Below are positions 29,305 to 41,023 of a DNA stretch of 64,000 nt, piece after piece (positions within the stretch are counted from its first letter, which is position 1; every line of letters begins with the position of its first letter). The notes beneath the pieces are model-generated. The model ran no database searches and was not told the origin of the DNA. It was given only the letters and a program-made list of their open reading frames with translations. Origin of the DNA: an uncultured Chloroflexia bacterium (lineage in GTDB: Bacteria > Chloroflexota > Limnocylindria > Limnocylindrales > CSP1-4); contig CAVXPZ010000001.1 in NCBI GenBank assembly GCA_963763775.1, positions 192,001 through 256,000 on the forward strand, read 5' to 3'. A program made the translations under genes and the position numbers.

Positions 29305-30030
29305 TTGACCGAGCCGTCACCCGATCCCGTCCTGATCGACGCGTTCGCGCGGGCGTCCGCCGATGTCCGTGGGCGCATGTCCGCCGCGTGCGAGCGGGCC
29401 GGCCGCGACCCGTCGTCGGTCTCGCTCGTCGCCGTCTCGAAGACCGTGGACGCCGAGCGGTTGCGGGCCGCCGTGGCGGCCGGGCTCACGGTCCTCGGCG
29501 AGAACCGCGTCCAGGAGGGCGCCGCCAAGGCCCCCGACGTCCCGGGCGCCAGCTGGCGGCTCGTCGGGCCGCTCCAGTCGAACAAGGCGCGTCGGGCGCT
29601 CGAGGTCTTCGACAGATCCAGTCGATCGACTCGGTCGAGCTCGCGAGCCGTCTCGACCGCCTCTGGGCCGAGCTCGCGCCCGGGCGCCGATACCCGGTCC
29701 TCCTCCAGGTCAACGTCGACCTCGACCCCGCGAAGCACGGCATCCAGCCGGACGCGATCGCCGACCTGCTCCCGGAGTTCCTCGGGCTCACCGAACCTCG
29801 AGATCGGTGGCCTGATGACGGTGGGGCGGTACACGACCGACCCGGAGGTCGCGCGATCGACCTTCCGCGAGCTGCGGAGCCTGTCGCTGCGACTCCGCGA
29901 CCGGTGGCCCGCCCTCGGACCGGCGCTCTCGATGGGCATGTCCGACGACTACGAGCTGGCGATCGAGGAGGGGTCGACGATCGTGCGGGTCGGCCGGGCC
30001 ATCTTCGGTGACCGGCCGGCTCCCGGCTGA
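29305..30030 (+). CDS. yggS: PLP homeostasis protein YggS (compensating indels near 29615 and 29790)
   Basis: LVAVSKT, GENRVQE, GPLQSNK / QSIDS, LLQVN / GLMT, LSMGMSDDY, VRVGRAIFG. Confidence 0.9.
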   Translation: MTEPSPDPVLIDAFARASADVRGRMSAACERAGRDPSSVSLVAVSKTVDAERLRAAVAAGLTVLGENRVQEGAAKAPDVPGASWRLVGPLQSNKARRALEVFDRSSRSTRSSSRAVSTASGPSSRPGADTRSSSRSTSTSTPRSTASSRTRSPTCSRSSSGSPNLEIGGLMTVGRYTTDPEVARSTFRELRSLSLRLRDRWPALGPALSMGMSDDYELAIEEGSTIVRVGRAIFGDRPAPG

Positions 30031-30090
30031 TAGACTCGCAGGACCCCCAGCGCTCGCCCGTCGAACCGGGTCGTCCATGTCGATGGAGTC

Positions 30091-30372
30091 TTGAGTCAGC
30101 CTGACGTCCGATTCGCCGTTCGATTGACCCCGCGTGCCGCGACCGACCGCGTCGACGGCGTACTCGATGGCGTGCTCAAGGCACGGGTGACCGCGCCGGC
30201 GGTCGAGGGCGCGGCCAACAACGCCCTGGTCCGCCTGCTGGCGGACGTGCTCGACGTGCCGCGCAGCGACGTCCGGATCGTCGCCGGGGGCAATTCCCGC
30301 CAGAAGCTCATCGTCGTGGAGGGTGTCGAACCCGAGGCGATCGTTGCCCGTTGGCCCGGGCTGCGGGTATGA
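30091..30372 (+). CDS. DUF167 (YggU) family protein
   Basis: VRLTPRA, VTAPAVEGAANNAL, GGNSRQK. Confidence 0.88.
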   Translation: MSQPDVRFAVRLTPRAATDRVDGVLDGVLKARVTAPAVEGAANNALVRLLADVLDVPRSDVRIVAGGNSRQKLIVVEGVEPEAIVARWPGLRV

Positions 30373-30416
30373 TCGGCCGGTCTCGTCGGGTGCCCTGAGC
30401 GGCGCCGCGACCTCTC

Positions 30417-30493
<77 letters not shown>

Positions 30494-30522
30494 CCCCTCC
30501 AGCCCCTGTGGCGGTCCCGGTG

Positions 30523-31488
30523 TCAGGCTGGGCGGACGAGGCAGCGAAAGCCCATGTGGGCCATGGACGTCTCGACCGATTGGGGTTGCCTGGCCGCGGG
30601 GCGGTACCGCAGGCAGTAGTTCGGGGCGCACAGGTGCGACCCGCCCTTGACGACCATCCGCGGGAACTGCGCCCCGGGCTGGCCGACGTTGTACGAGCCC
30701 TCGGGTGTCGTGACCGCCGGGTTCACCCGCGGCCCAGACGGCCCGCAGCACGCGTGGACCGGGACGTCGGGGTGCGACGGCCGGTAGAAGTCGGTCGTCC
30801 ACTCCCACACGTTGCCGGCCATGTCGAACAGGCCGTAGCCGTTGGGTGGGAACGCCTTCACCGGCGACGTGCCGGCGTAGCGGTCCGTGCGCAGGTTCTG
30901 CCACGGGAACTCGCCCTGCCAGGTGTTGGCCATCATCCGGCCCTTGGGCGCGAACTCGTCGCCCCACGTGTAGACGGCGCCATCGAGGCCGCCGCGTGCC
31001 GCGTACTCCCACTCGGCCTCGGTCGGGAGCGCCTTGCCGGCCCAGGCGGCGTACGCGGTCGCGTCCTCGAAGCTGACATGCGTGACCGGATGTCGATCGC
31101 GCCCGGCGAGGTCGCTGCCGGGCCCCTCCGGGTGCCGCCATTGGGCGCCGGGTACCCAGTGCCACCAGTTCCGGTAGTCGTCGAGGTTCACCGGCCCCGG
31201 CGTGGCCCGGAAGACGAGCGACCCCGGGACCAGGAGGTCCGGATCCGCGTCGGGGTAATCCGCGGCATCCAGCGGCCGTTCGGCTACGGTCACGTAGCCG
31301 GTGCCCTTCACGAACCGCCGGAACGCCGCGACGGTGACCGCATGGTCGTCCATCCAGAAGCCGTCGACGGCCACCTCGTGGACGGGACGTTCCTCGGGGT
31401 AGTGGTCGTCGGATCCCATCCGGAAGACCCCTGCCCGGATCCACGCCATGTCGGCTGCCGGTGGCGTCGCGCCGGGTTCGCTCGTCAC
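30523..31488 (-). CDS. Formylglycine-generating enzyme (SUMF1/FGE family)
   Basis: FRMGSDDHYPEERP, LPTEAEWEYAARGG, DMAGNVWEW, KGGSHLCAPNYCLRYRPAAR with catalytic CxxxxC. Confidence 0.92.
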   Translation of the reverse strand: MTSEPGATPPAADMAWIRAGVFRMGSDDHYPEERPVHEVAVDGFWMDDHAVTVAAFRRFVKGTGYVTVAERPLDAADYPDADPDLLVPGSLVFRATPGPVNLDDYRNWWHWVPGAQWRHPEGPGSDLAGRDRHPVTHVSFEDATAYAAWAGKALPTEAEWEYAARGGLDGAVYTWGDEFAPKGRMMANTWQGEFPWQNLRTDRYAGTSPVKAFPPNGYGLFDMAGNVWEWTTDFYRPSHPDVPVHACCGPSGPRVNPAVTTPEGSYNVGQPGAQFPRMVVKGGSHLCAPNYCLRYRPAARQPQSVETSMAHMGFRCLVRPA

Positions 31489-31683
31489 GTCTCGAGCCGA
31501 GCGCCATGAGCGCGGTCGACGCCGCGAGACCGGGGCCTTGCCGACCGTCGATGACGCCCGCACCGGGCCGCGTCACGCGAGGGGGATCTCCCGCGTCAAC
31601 ACCGATGAACGCGGTCCTCCTCCCGCGTAGCGAAGCCCTCGGACGTCCTCCGCCGAGGGCTTCGCGCTGTGCGGCGGGGCGGG

Positions 31684-34435
<2,752 letters not shown>

Positions 34436-34515
34436 CGCGGCGGTCCTTCGCTGTCTCGATACACTCGTGGCGTGCAAGCGTACCGCGACCGCTCCGCCGA
34501 CGCGGGCGCCACCCG

Positions 34516-35556
34516 ATGAGGGGATGGCGCGACCTGCCCGACGACCCCGACCACGATCGCGCCGAGACCGCGGCGGCCATCAGCGCCGCCGGCATCGACC
34601 TCGACCCGCCGCCCCCCGGCTCCCACCGGCACGGCGACGAGCTGCACGAGAGCGACCATGCCCATCCGCACCAGCACGCCGAGCCCGGGGAGCGGCCGAT
34701 CATCGGCATCATCGGGGCCGGCGCCGTGGGGACCGCACTCGGGGTCGCGCTGTCACGGGCGGGATGGCCGATCCAGGCCGTCGCGAGCCGCGACCCGGGC
34801 CGCCGCGAACGGTTCCGGCACCTCGTCGACGGGGCGCGGGCGTTCTCGGAGCCACAGGCGCTCCTCGACGAGGTCGAGCTGGCGATCGTCGCGGTCCCGG
34901 ACGACGCCATCGCCCCACTCGCCGCGTCGCTGCGCATGTACAGCGGCCAGGCCATGGTCCACACGAGCGGCGCCCTCGATGCCGACGTCCTGGCCCCGTC
35001 GATGGCCGCAGGGACGCAGGTGGGAGCCTTCCACCCCCTCGTCGCCTTCGCCGACACCGAGCGCGCGGTCGAGGCGCTCCATGGCGCGACCATCGCCATC
35101 GAGGGCGACGACCAGCTCGCCGGGCTGCTCGCCGATATGGCCGAGGCGATCGGCGGCCGACCAGCGCGTCTCGCCCCCGGGTCGAAGGCGGCCTATCACG
35201 CCGCGGCGGTCCTGGCGGCCGGCGGCTTCGTGGCCCTCCTCGATGCGATCACCGAGCTTGGTCGCGTCGCCGGCCTCGACGAGGCCGGGGCGCTGGCCAT
35301 CTACGGACCGCTCATCGAGGGCACGCTCGGCAACGCCCGGGCGCTCGGCGTCCGCGCCGCCCTGACCGGGCCGATCGCCCGCGGCGACCTCGGGACGCTC
35401 GAGGCGCACCTCGCGGCCCTTCGCGCGCATGCGCCGGATGTGCTCGATCTGTATCGCGCCGTGGGGGAGCGGGAGGTCGAGCTGGCGGTGTCGCGGGGCT
35501 CGCTGGCACCGGAGCGCGCCGCGGACCTGCGGACCGCGCTTGCAAGGGCCGACTGA
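34516..35556 (+). CDS. Rossmann-like/DUF2520 oxidoreductase (PanG-like) with His-rich N-terminus
   Basis: IIGAGAVG, VPDDAI, HTSGA, FHPL, YHAAA, LTGPIARGD. Confidence 0.85.
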   Translation: MRGWRDLPDDPDHDRAETAAAISAAGIDLDPPPPGSHRHGDELHESDHAHPHQHAEPGERPIIGIIGAGAVGTALGVALSRAGWPIQAVASRDPGRRERFRHLVDGARAFSEPQALLDEVELAIVAVPDDAIAPLAASLRMYSGQAMVHTSGALDADVLAPSMAAGTQVGAFHPLVAFADTERAVEALHGATIAIEGDDQLAGLLADMAEAIGGRPARLAPGSKAAYHAAAVLAAGGFVALLDAITELGRVAGLDEAGALAIYGPLIEGTLGNARALGVRAALTGPIARGDLGTLEAHLAALRAHAPDVLDLYRAVGEREVELAVSRGSLAPERAADLRTALARAD

Positions 35557-35567
35557 ACCGGTACCAT
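35540..35567 (+). promoter_or_regulatory. Sigma70-type promoter upstream of the ORF-NUDIX-gcv operon
   Basis: TTGCAA-16 nt-TACCAT, with 8 nt between it and ATG 35576. Confidence 0.5.
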
Positions 35568-35575
35568 AACGGCCC

Positions 35576-35899
35576 ATGGACCACAGCATCGCCGCCAAGT
35601 ACGCGGCCCGCCCGGCGGCGCATTTCGTCCGCCCGTCGGCCCGGACGAAGGAGCGGCGGCTCGGGCTCCATCCGACCGGACAGTTCCGCTCCTCGGCGGA
35701 GCGTGCCACGGTCCTGCGGCGCCCGGACCTCGCCCCGCTGGTCAGCCTCCGCGGTCGCTGGCGTTCGATCCAGCCCGCTGCGAGCGCGCCGGCCGCCGAC
35801 GGCCCGCCGCGACCGCGCGTGTCGATGACCTGGTCGAGGTCCGGACGAGCCGGCGTGGTCCGGCGCACCAGCGCCGCGACGGCGCCGTGGCGCGCCTGA
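35576..35899 (+). CDS. Basic hypothetical protein
   Basis: Fills the gap directly after a promoter-like element and overlaps the NUDIX start; no recognisable motif. Confidence 0.4.
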   Translation: MDHSIAAKYAARPAAHFVRPSARTKERRLGLHPTGQFRSSAERATVLRRPDLAPLVSLRGRWRSIQPAASAPAADGPPRPRVSMTWSRSGRAGVVRRTSAATAPWRA

Positions 35900-36345
35900 G
35901 GACCGCGACCGCCACCTCGGCCGGCGGGATCGTCGTTCGCCACGAAGACGGCCGACCCTGGTTGGTCGTGGGCAGCCGGCGCCGCGAGCGTGACGGCCGC
36001 ACCTGGACGCTCCCCAAGGGGACCCCGGAGCGCGGCGAGACCACCCAGCAGACCGCCCTTCGCGAAGTCGCGGAGGAGACCGGCCTGCAGGTCCGGATCA
36101 CCGGCCCACTCGATTCCATCGAGTACTTCTTCGTCCAGTCCGGCACACGGATCCACAAGACCGTGCACTACTTCCTGATGGAGCCGATCGGCGGCGAGCT
36201 CTCCGGCCACGACCACGAGTTCGACGAGGTCCGCTGGATCCCGTTCGCGGATGCCGCGACGATGCTCACCTTCGAGACCGAGCGGGCGCTGGTCGCCCGG
36301 GCGGGCGAGCTCGTGGGAGCGGGATCGGTCGGAGCCGGGTCATGA
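35887..36345 (+). CDS. NUDIX hydrolase
   Basis: Nudix box LPKGTPERGETTQQTALREVAEETGL. Confidence 0.92.
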   Translation: MARLRTATATSAGGIVVRHEDGRPWLVVGSRRRERDGRTWTLPKGTPERGETTQQTALREVAEETGLQVRITGPLDSIEYFFVQSGTRIHKTVHYFLMEPIGGELSGHDHEFDEVRWIPFADAATMLTFETERALVARAGELVGAGSVGAGS

Positions 36346-37457
36346 CCGACGCGGACGGTTCGCCGCCCCGCGCCACACCCCTCGCCGAGCGGCACGTGGC
36401 CCTGGGCGCCCGCATGATCGAGTTCGGTGGCTGGCTCATGCCGGTCCAGTACGGCTCGATCCTCGACGAGCACCGCGCGGTCCGCGAGCGCGTCGGCCTG
36501 TTCGACCTCTCGCACATGGGCGAGCTCTTCGTGGAAGGGCCCGAGGCCGGGGCCGGCCTGGCGGCGGCCCTGGTGAGCGACCCGCCCGCGCTGAAGGTGG
36601 GACGTGCCCAGTACTCGATGATCTGCGAGCCCGACGGCGGCGTCATCGACGACCTCATCGTGTACCGGCTGGGCGAGACCTCGTACCTCGTGGTCGCGAA
36701 CGCGGGCAACGCCGAGATCGTGTCCGATGCGCTCGCGGAGCGCCTCGGCGGCTACAAGGCGGTCCTCGACGACCGGTCGCTCGCCACCGGCCTCGTCGCG
36801 GTCCAGGGACCCCGCGCGGTCGACGTCCTCGCGCCGCGGACCGACGTCGACCTGGGCGCCCTGCGCTACTACGCGATCGCCGAGGGCCAGGTCGCCGGGA
36901 TCCCCGCGCTGGTCGCCCGGACCGGCTACACGGGCGAGGACGGGTTCGAGGTCTTCGTCGAGACCGGCCGGACCGGCGAGCTCTGGGACGCGCTGCTCGC
37001 CGGCGTGCGCGAGCACGATGGCGTCCCGGTCGGCCTGGGCGCCCGTGACACGCTCCGGCTCGAGGCCGGCATGCCCCTCTACGGCAACGAGCTCGACCTC
37101 GAGACGACCCCGTACGCGGCGGGCCTCGGACGCGTCGTGAAGCTCGACAAGCCCGAGGATTTCGTCGGCCGGTCGGCGCTCGCGAAGGTCGCGGCCGACG
37201 GTCCGGACCGGCTCCTCGTGGGCCTGATCGTCGAGGGCCGCGGCATCGCCCGGCACGGCTACACGGTGCACGTCGGCGACCGGCCGAGCGGCGTGGTGAC
37301 CAGCGGCACGCAGTCGCCGACGCTGGGGGTCCCGATCGCGATGGCGTACGTCGCGCCGGAGGACGCCGCGGCGAGTACGATCGTCGACGTCCAGATCCGG
37401 GACGCCCGCGTCCCGGCGCGGGTCGTGTCCCTGCCGTTCTATCGGAGGTCAGCCTGA
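36342..37457 (+). CDS. gcvT: Glycine cleavage T protein
   Basis: FGGWLMPVQY, GLFDLSHMG, RTGYTGEDGFE, GLGARDTLRLEAG. Confidence 0.97.
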   Translation: MTDADGSPPRATPLAERHVALGARMIEFGGWLMPVQYGSILDEHRAVRERVGLFDLSHMGELFVEGPEAGAGLAAALVSDPPALKVGRAQYSMICEPDGGVIDDLIVYRLGETSYLVVANAGNAEIVSDALAERLGGYKAVLDDRSLATGLVAVQGPRAVDVLAPRTDVDLGALRYYAIAEGQVAGIPALVARTGYTGEDGFEVFVETGRTGELWDALLAGVREHDGVPVGLGARDTLRLEAGMPLYGNELDLETTPYAAGLGRVVKLDKPEDFVGRSALAKVAADGPDRLLVGLIVEGRGIARHGYTVHVGDRPSGVVTSGTQSPTLGVPIAMAYVAPEDAAASTIVDVQIRDARVPARVVSLPFYRRSA

Positions 37458-37458
37458 C

Positions 37459-37842
37459 GTGAGCGTCCCCAGCGACCTGCGCTATACGAAGGACCACGAG
37501 TGGGTCCGCATCGAGGGTGACGAGGCCACGGTCGGCATCACGGCCTATGCCGCCGACCAGCTCGGCGACATCGTCTTCGTGGAGCTGCCCGACGTCGGAC
37601 GCACGCTGGCCCAGGCCGCGGCGTTCGGGGTCGTCGAGTCGGTCAAGGCGGTCAGCGACCTCTTCGCGCCCGTGACCGGCGACGTGCTCGCGACCAACGG
37701 CGAGCTGACCGCGAGTCCGGAACTCGTCAACAGCGATCCGTACGGAGCCGGCTGGATGGTCAAGGTCCGCGTCGGGGATGCGGCCCAGACGGCCGAGCTG
37801 CTGGACGCCGACGCCTACGACGCGCTCATCGCGGCGGGCTGA
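37459..37842 (+). CDS. gcvH: Glycine cleavage H protein
   Basis: YTKDHEW, VESVKAVSD lipoyl-Lys motif, NSDPYGAGW. Confidence 0.97.
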   Translation: MSVPSDLRYTKDHEWVRIEGDEATVGITAYAADQLGDIVFVELPDVGRTLAQAAAFGVVESVKAVSDLFAPVTGDVLATNGELTASPELVNSDPYGAGWMVKVRVGDAAQTAELLDADAYDALIAAG

Positions 37843-37851
37843 CGACCGCCG

Positions 37852-39286
37852 ATGCCGTACGGACCGCATACCGCCGACGACCGCGAGCGGATGCTCGCGG
37901 CCCTCGGCCTGTCGTCGGTCGACGAGCTGTTCGCCGATATCCCCGAAGCGCTGCGGGCGTCGCCGCTCGACCTGCCGCCGCCCGAGCCCGAGCTCGAGCT
38001 GGCGGCGCGGCTGACGGCCCTGGCCGCGCGCAACCGGACCGACCTCGCCTCGTTCCTCGGCGCCGGGGTGTACCGGCACTGGAGCCCGCCGGCTGTCGAC
38101 CAGATCCTGCTCCGCGGCGAGTGGTACACGGCCTACACGCCGTACCAGCCCGAGGTCAGCCAAGGCACGCTCCAGAGCATCTACGAGTACGAGTCGCTCA
38201 TCGCGGAGCTCGTGGACCTCGACGTCGTGTCGGCTTCGCACTACGACGGGGCCGCCGCCACGGCCGAGGCGGCGCTCATGACCTGCCGGGCCACCCGCCG
38301 CGAACGCGTCCTGGTGAGCCGCGGCGTCCACCCCCACTATCGCGAGACCCTGCGCACCTACTTCGGCGGCGGCCTGACCCTCGAGGAGGTCCCGCTGGTG
38401 GCCGACGGCGAGTCGGCCGGGACCACGGACCTCGGCGCCCTCGAGCGGATGCTCGCGGACCCGGATCGTCCGGTCGCCGGGGTCATCGCCGCGCAGCCCG
38501 ACTTCCTCGGCCTGCTCGAGCCGATGCCGCGCATCGGCGAGCTGGCCCATGCGGCGGGTGCCCTGTTCGTGGCGGTCATCGAGCCCGTCAGCCTGGCGGT
38601 CCTCGCCCCGCCCGGCGCGTACGGGGCGGACATCGCCGCCGGCGAGGGCCAGCCCCTCGGCATCTCGCCGCAGTACGGCGGCCCGTACCTGGGCCTGCTG
38701 GCGTCGACGGACGCGCTCGTGCGCCAGATCCCCGGGCGGCTCGTCGGGATGACGACCGATCTCGATGGCCAGCGAGCGTTCGTGATGACCATGCGCGCGC
38801 GCGAGCAGGACATCCGTCGGGACAAGGCCGCGAGCAACATCTGCACGAACCAGGCGCTGCTCGCCCTGGCCGCGTCGGTCTACCTCGCGACGATCGGCCC
38901 GCACGGGCTGCGCGACGTGGCGGCCGGCGGGGCCGCCCGTGCCACCGAGCTCGAGGCGGCCCTCGCGGCGGCCGGGGCGCCGCGGCTCCACCCGGGCCCG
39001 TACCTCAACGAGTTCGCGATCCGCGTGCCCGATGCCCCGGAGGTCCACCGGCGGCTGCTCGACCACGGCGTCCTCGGTGGGCTGGTGCTCGCCGACGCGG
39101 TGCCCGACGACCCGAGCCTGGCGGACGGCCTGCTGGTCTGCGCGACCGAGGTCACGACCTCCGCCGAGATCGCCCGGTTCGCCGAGGCGCTCGGCGAGGT
39201 GCTGCGCGGGCGGCCGCCGATCGCGGTCGGGCGAAGCCGGCGCCGGGGCGGCGGCCAGCGGGTCGGACCGCGCGGTGCCGTCATGA
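37852..39286 (+). CDS. gcvPA: Glycine decarboxylase subunit 1 (appears fused to subunit 2 through a probable extra G near 39229)
   Basis: FLGAG, YTAYTPYQPEVSQG, REQDIRRDKAASNICTN; removing one G restores a stop at 39284-39286 overlapping the gcvPB ATG. Confidence 0.9.
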
Positions 39287-40782
39287 GCGTCACCGGGCCT
39301 CGCCTCCAGCCGACGCTGTTCGAGCGTGGCCGGCCCGGCCGCGGCGGCGGCAAGATCCCGCACCCGCCCAAGGACGCGCTGTCACGGATCCCGCCCGGGG
39401 CGCTCCGCGCGGACCCGCCGGCGCTCCCCGAGCTCAACGAGCTCGAGGTCGTGCGCCATTACGTGAACCTGTCCCAGCTGAACTTCGCGGTCGACACGGG
39501 CTTCTACCCCCTCGGGTCGTGCACCATGAAGTTCAACCCCAAGCTCAACGAGTGGGCGGCCCGGCTGCCCGGCTTCGCGTCCCTCCATCCGATGAGCCCG
39601 GACGCCATCGCGCAGGGCACCCTGCAGCTCCTGTGGGAGCTCGAGGCCTCGCTCGCGGAGATCTCGGGCATGGAGGCCGTGTCGCTGCAGCCGGCCGCCG
39701 GCGCCCAGGGCGAGCTGACCGGCATCCTGATGATCCGCGCCTACCACCGCGCCCGCGGCGACACGGACCGTGACGAGGTCCTGGTCCCGGACTCCAGCCA
39801 CGGCACCAACCCGGCGACGGCGTCGATGGCCGGCTTCCGCACCATCACGGTCCCGTCCGCCGCCGACGGCGGGGTGGACGTGGAGGCGTTCCGCGCCGCC
39901 CTCGGGCCGCGGACCGCCGCCGTGATGATCACCAACCCCTCGACGCTCGGCCTGTTCGAGTCCCGGATCGGCGAGCTCCTCGACGCGGTCCACGAGGCCG
40001 GGGCCCTGGCCTACATGGACGGCGCGAACCTCAACGCGATCCTGGGCCGCTTCAAGCCTGGCGAGGCCGGGTTCGACGTCATGCACTTCAACGTGCACAA
40101 GACCTTCAGCACACCGCACGGCGGCGGCGGCCCCGGGGCCGGCCCGGTCGGGGTGGGGGAGCGCCTCCTCCCGTACCTGCCCGAGCCGCGCGTGCTGCGC
40201 ACCGACGACGGCGCCTTCCGGCTCGAGCGCACGGGCGAGCGGCCGACGTCGATCGGCCGGCTGCGCAGCTTCGTGGGGAACACGGGCGTGCTCGTGCGCG
40301 CGTACGCGTACATCCGGGCGCACGGCGGCTCGGGCCTGTGCGAGGTCAGCGACGATGCGGTGCTGGCGGCCAACTACCTCAAGCACCGGCTCGCGGGCGT
40401 CTACGACATCCCGTACGACCGCGCCTGCAAGCACGAGTTCGTCGCATCCGCCACGACGATCAAGGCGCGCACCGGGGTCCGGACGCTCGACATCGCGAAG
40501 CGGTTGATCGACCACGGCTACCACCCGCCGACGATCTACTTCCCGCTCATCGTCGACGAGGGCATGCTCATCGAGCCGACGGAGACCGAATTGGTCGAGA
40601 CCCTCGATGCGTTCGCGGACGCGTTGATCGCCATCGCGGCCGAGGCCGAGACCGATCCCGACGCCGTGACCTCGGCGCCGCACACCGCGCCCGTGCGGCG
40701 GCTCGACGAGGCGACGGCCGCCCGTCAGCCGAACCTTCGCTGGCGGCCGATGACCGGCCTCCAGACGCCCTGCCCGGACTGA
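39283..40782 (+). CDS. gcvPB: Glycine decarboxylase subunit 2
   Basis: YPLGSCTMKFNP, QPAAGAQGE, HGTNPATA, NVHKTFSTPHGGGGPG (PLP Lys), IEPTETE. Confidence 0.95.
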   Translation: MSVTGPRLQPTLFERGRPGRGGGKIPHPPKDALSRIPPGALRADPPALPELNELEVVRHYVNLSQLNFAVDTGFYPLGSCTMKFNPKLNEWAARLPGFASLHPMSPDAIAQGTLQLLWELEASLAEISGMEAVSLQPAAGAQGELTGILMIRAYHRARGDTDRDEVLVPDSSHGTNPATASMAGFRTITVPSAADGGVDVEAFRAALGPRTAAVMITNPSTLGLFESRIGELLDAVHEAGALAYMDGANLNAILGRFKPGEAGFDVMHFNVHKTFSTPHGGGGPGAGPVGVGERLLPYLPEPRVLRTDDGAFRLERTGERPTSIGRLRSFVGNTGVLVRAYAYIRAHGGSGLCEVSDDAVLAANYLKHRLAGVYDIPYDRACKHEFVASATTIKARTGVRTLDIAKRLIDHGYHPPTIYFPLIVDEGMLIEPTETELVETLDAFADALIAIAAEAETDPDAVTSAPHTAPVRRLDEATAARQPNLRWRPMTGLQTPCPD

Positions 40783-40805
40783 CGAGCCCGTGCCGGACCG
40801 GCCGT

Positions 40806-40856
40806 ACGAACGTTCGTTAGGTCATGGTTGACAGCCCATCGGGCCCTGTGGATAGT
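40806..40856 (+). promoter_or_regulatory. Promoter of peptide ABC operon 1 with upstream perfect palindrome
   Basis: ACGAACGTTCGT (40806-40817), TTGACA (40828), 17-nt spacer, GATAGT (40851). Confidence 0.5.
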
Positions 40857-41023
40857 ACCGACAGCGCACCGACCTGAACGTGCTGCCGCCCCGGCTCGCC
40901 CCGAATCCGATCGAGTGGGAGGCTCGACCGGAACGAGAGCGGGACCTTCGCGGCGATGCGAGAGGCACGATCGCGGTCGCGTAGCGGGAGACATCGGGTA
41001 TCCACCCGTTCGGAGGACAGTTC

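Noticed and set aside
37852-40782. Apparent 976-aa GcvPA-GcvPB fusion
   Set aside because: Removing one G near 39229 gives a normal Ala-rich GcvPA tail ending in TGA that overlaps the gcvPB ATG; similar extra-base errors occur throughout the window.
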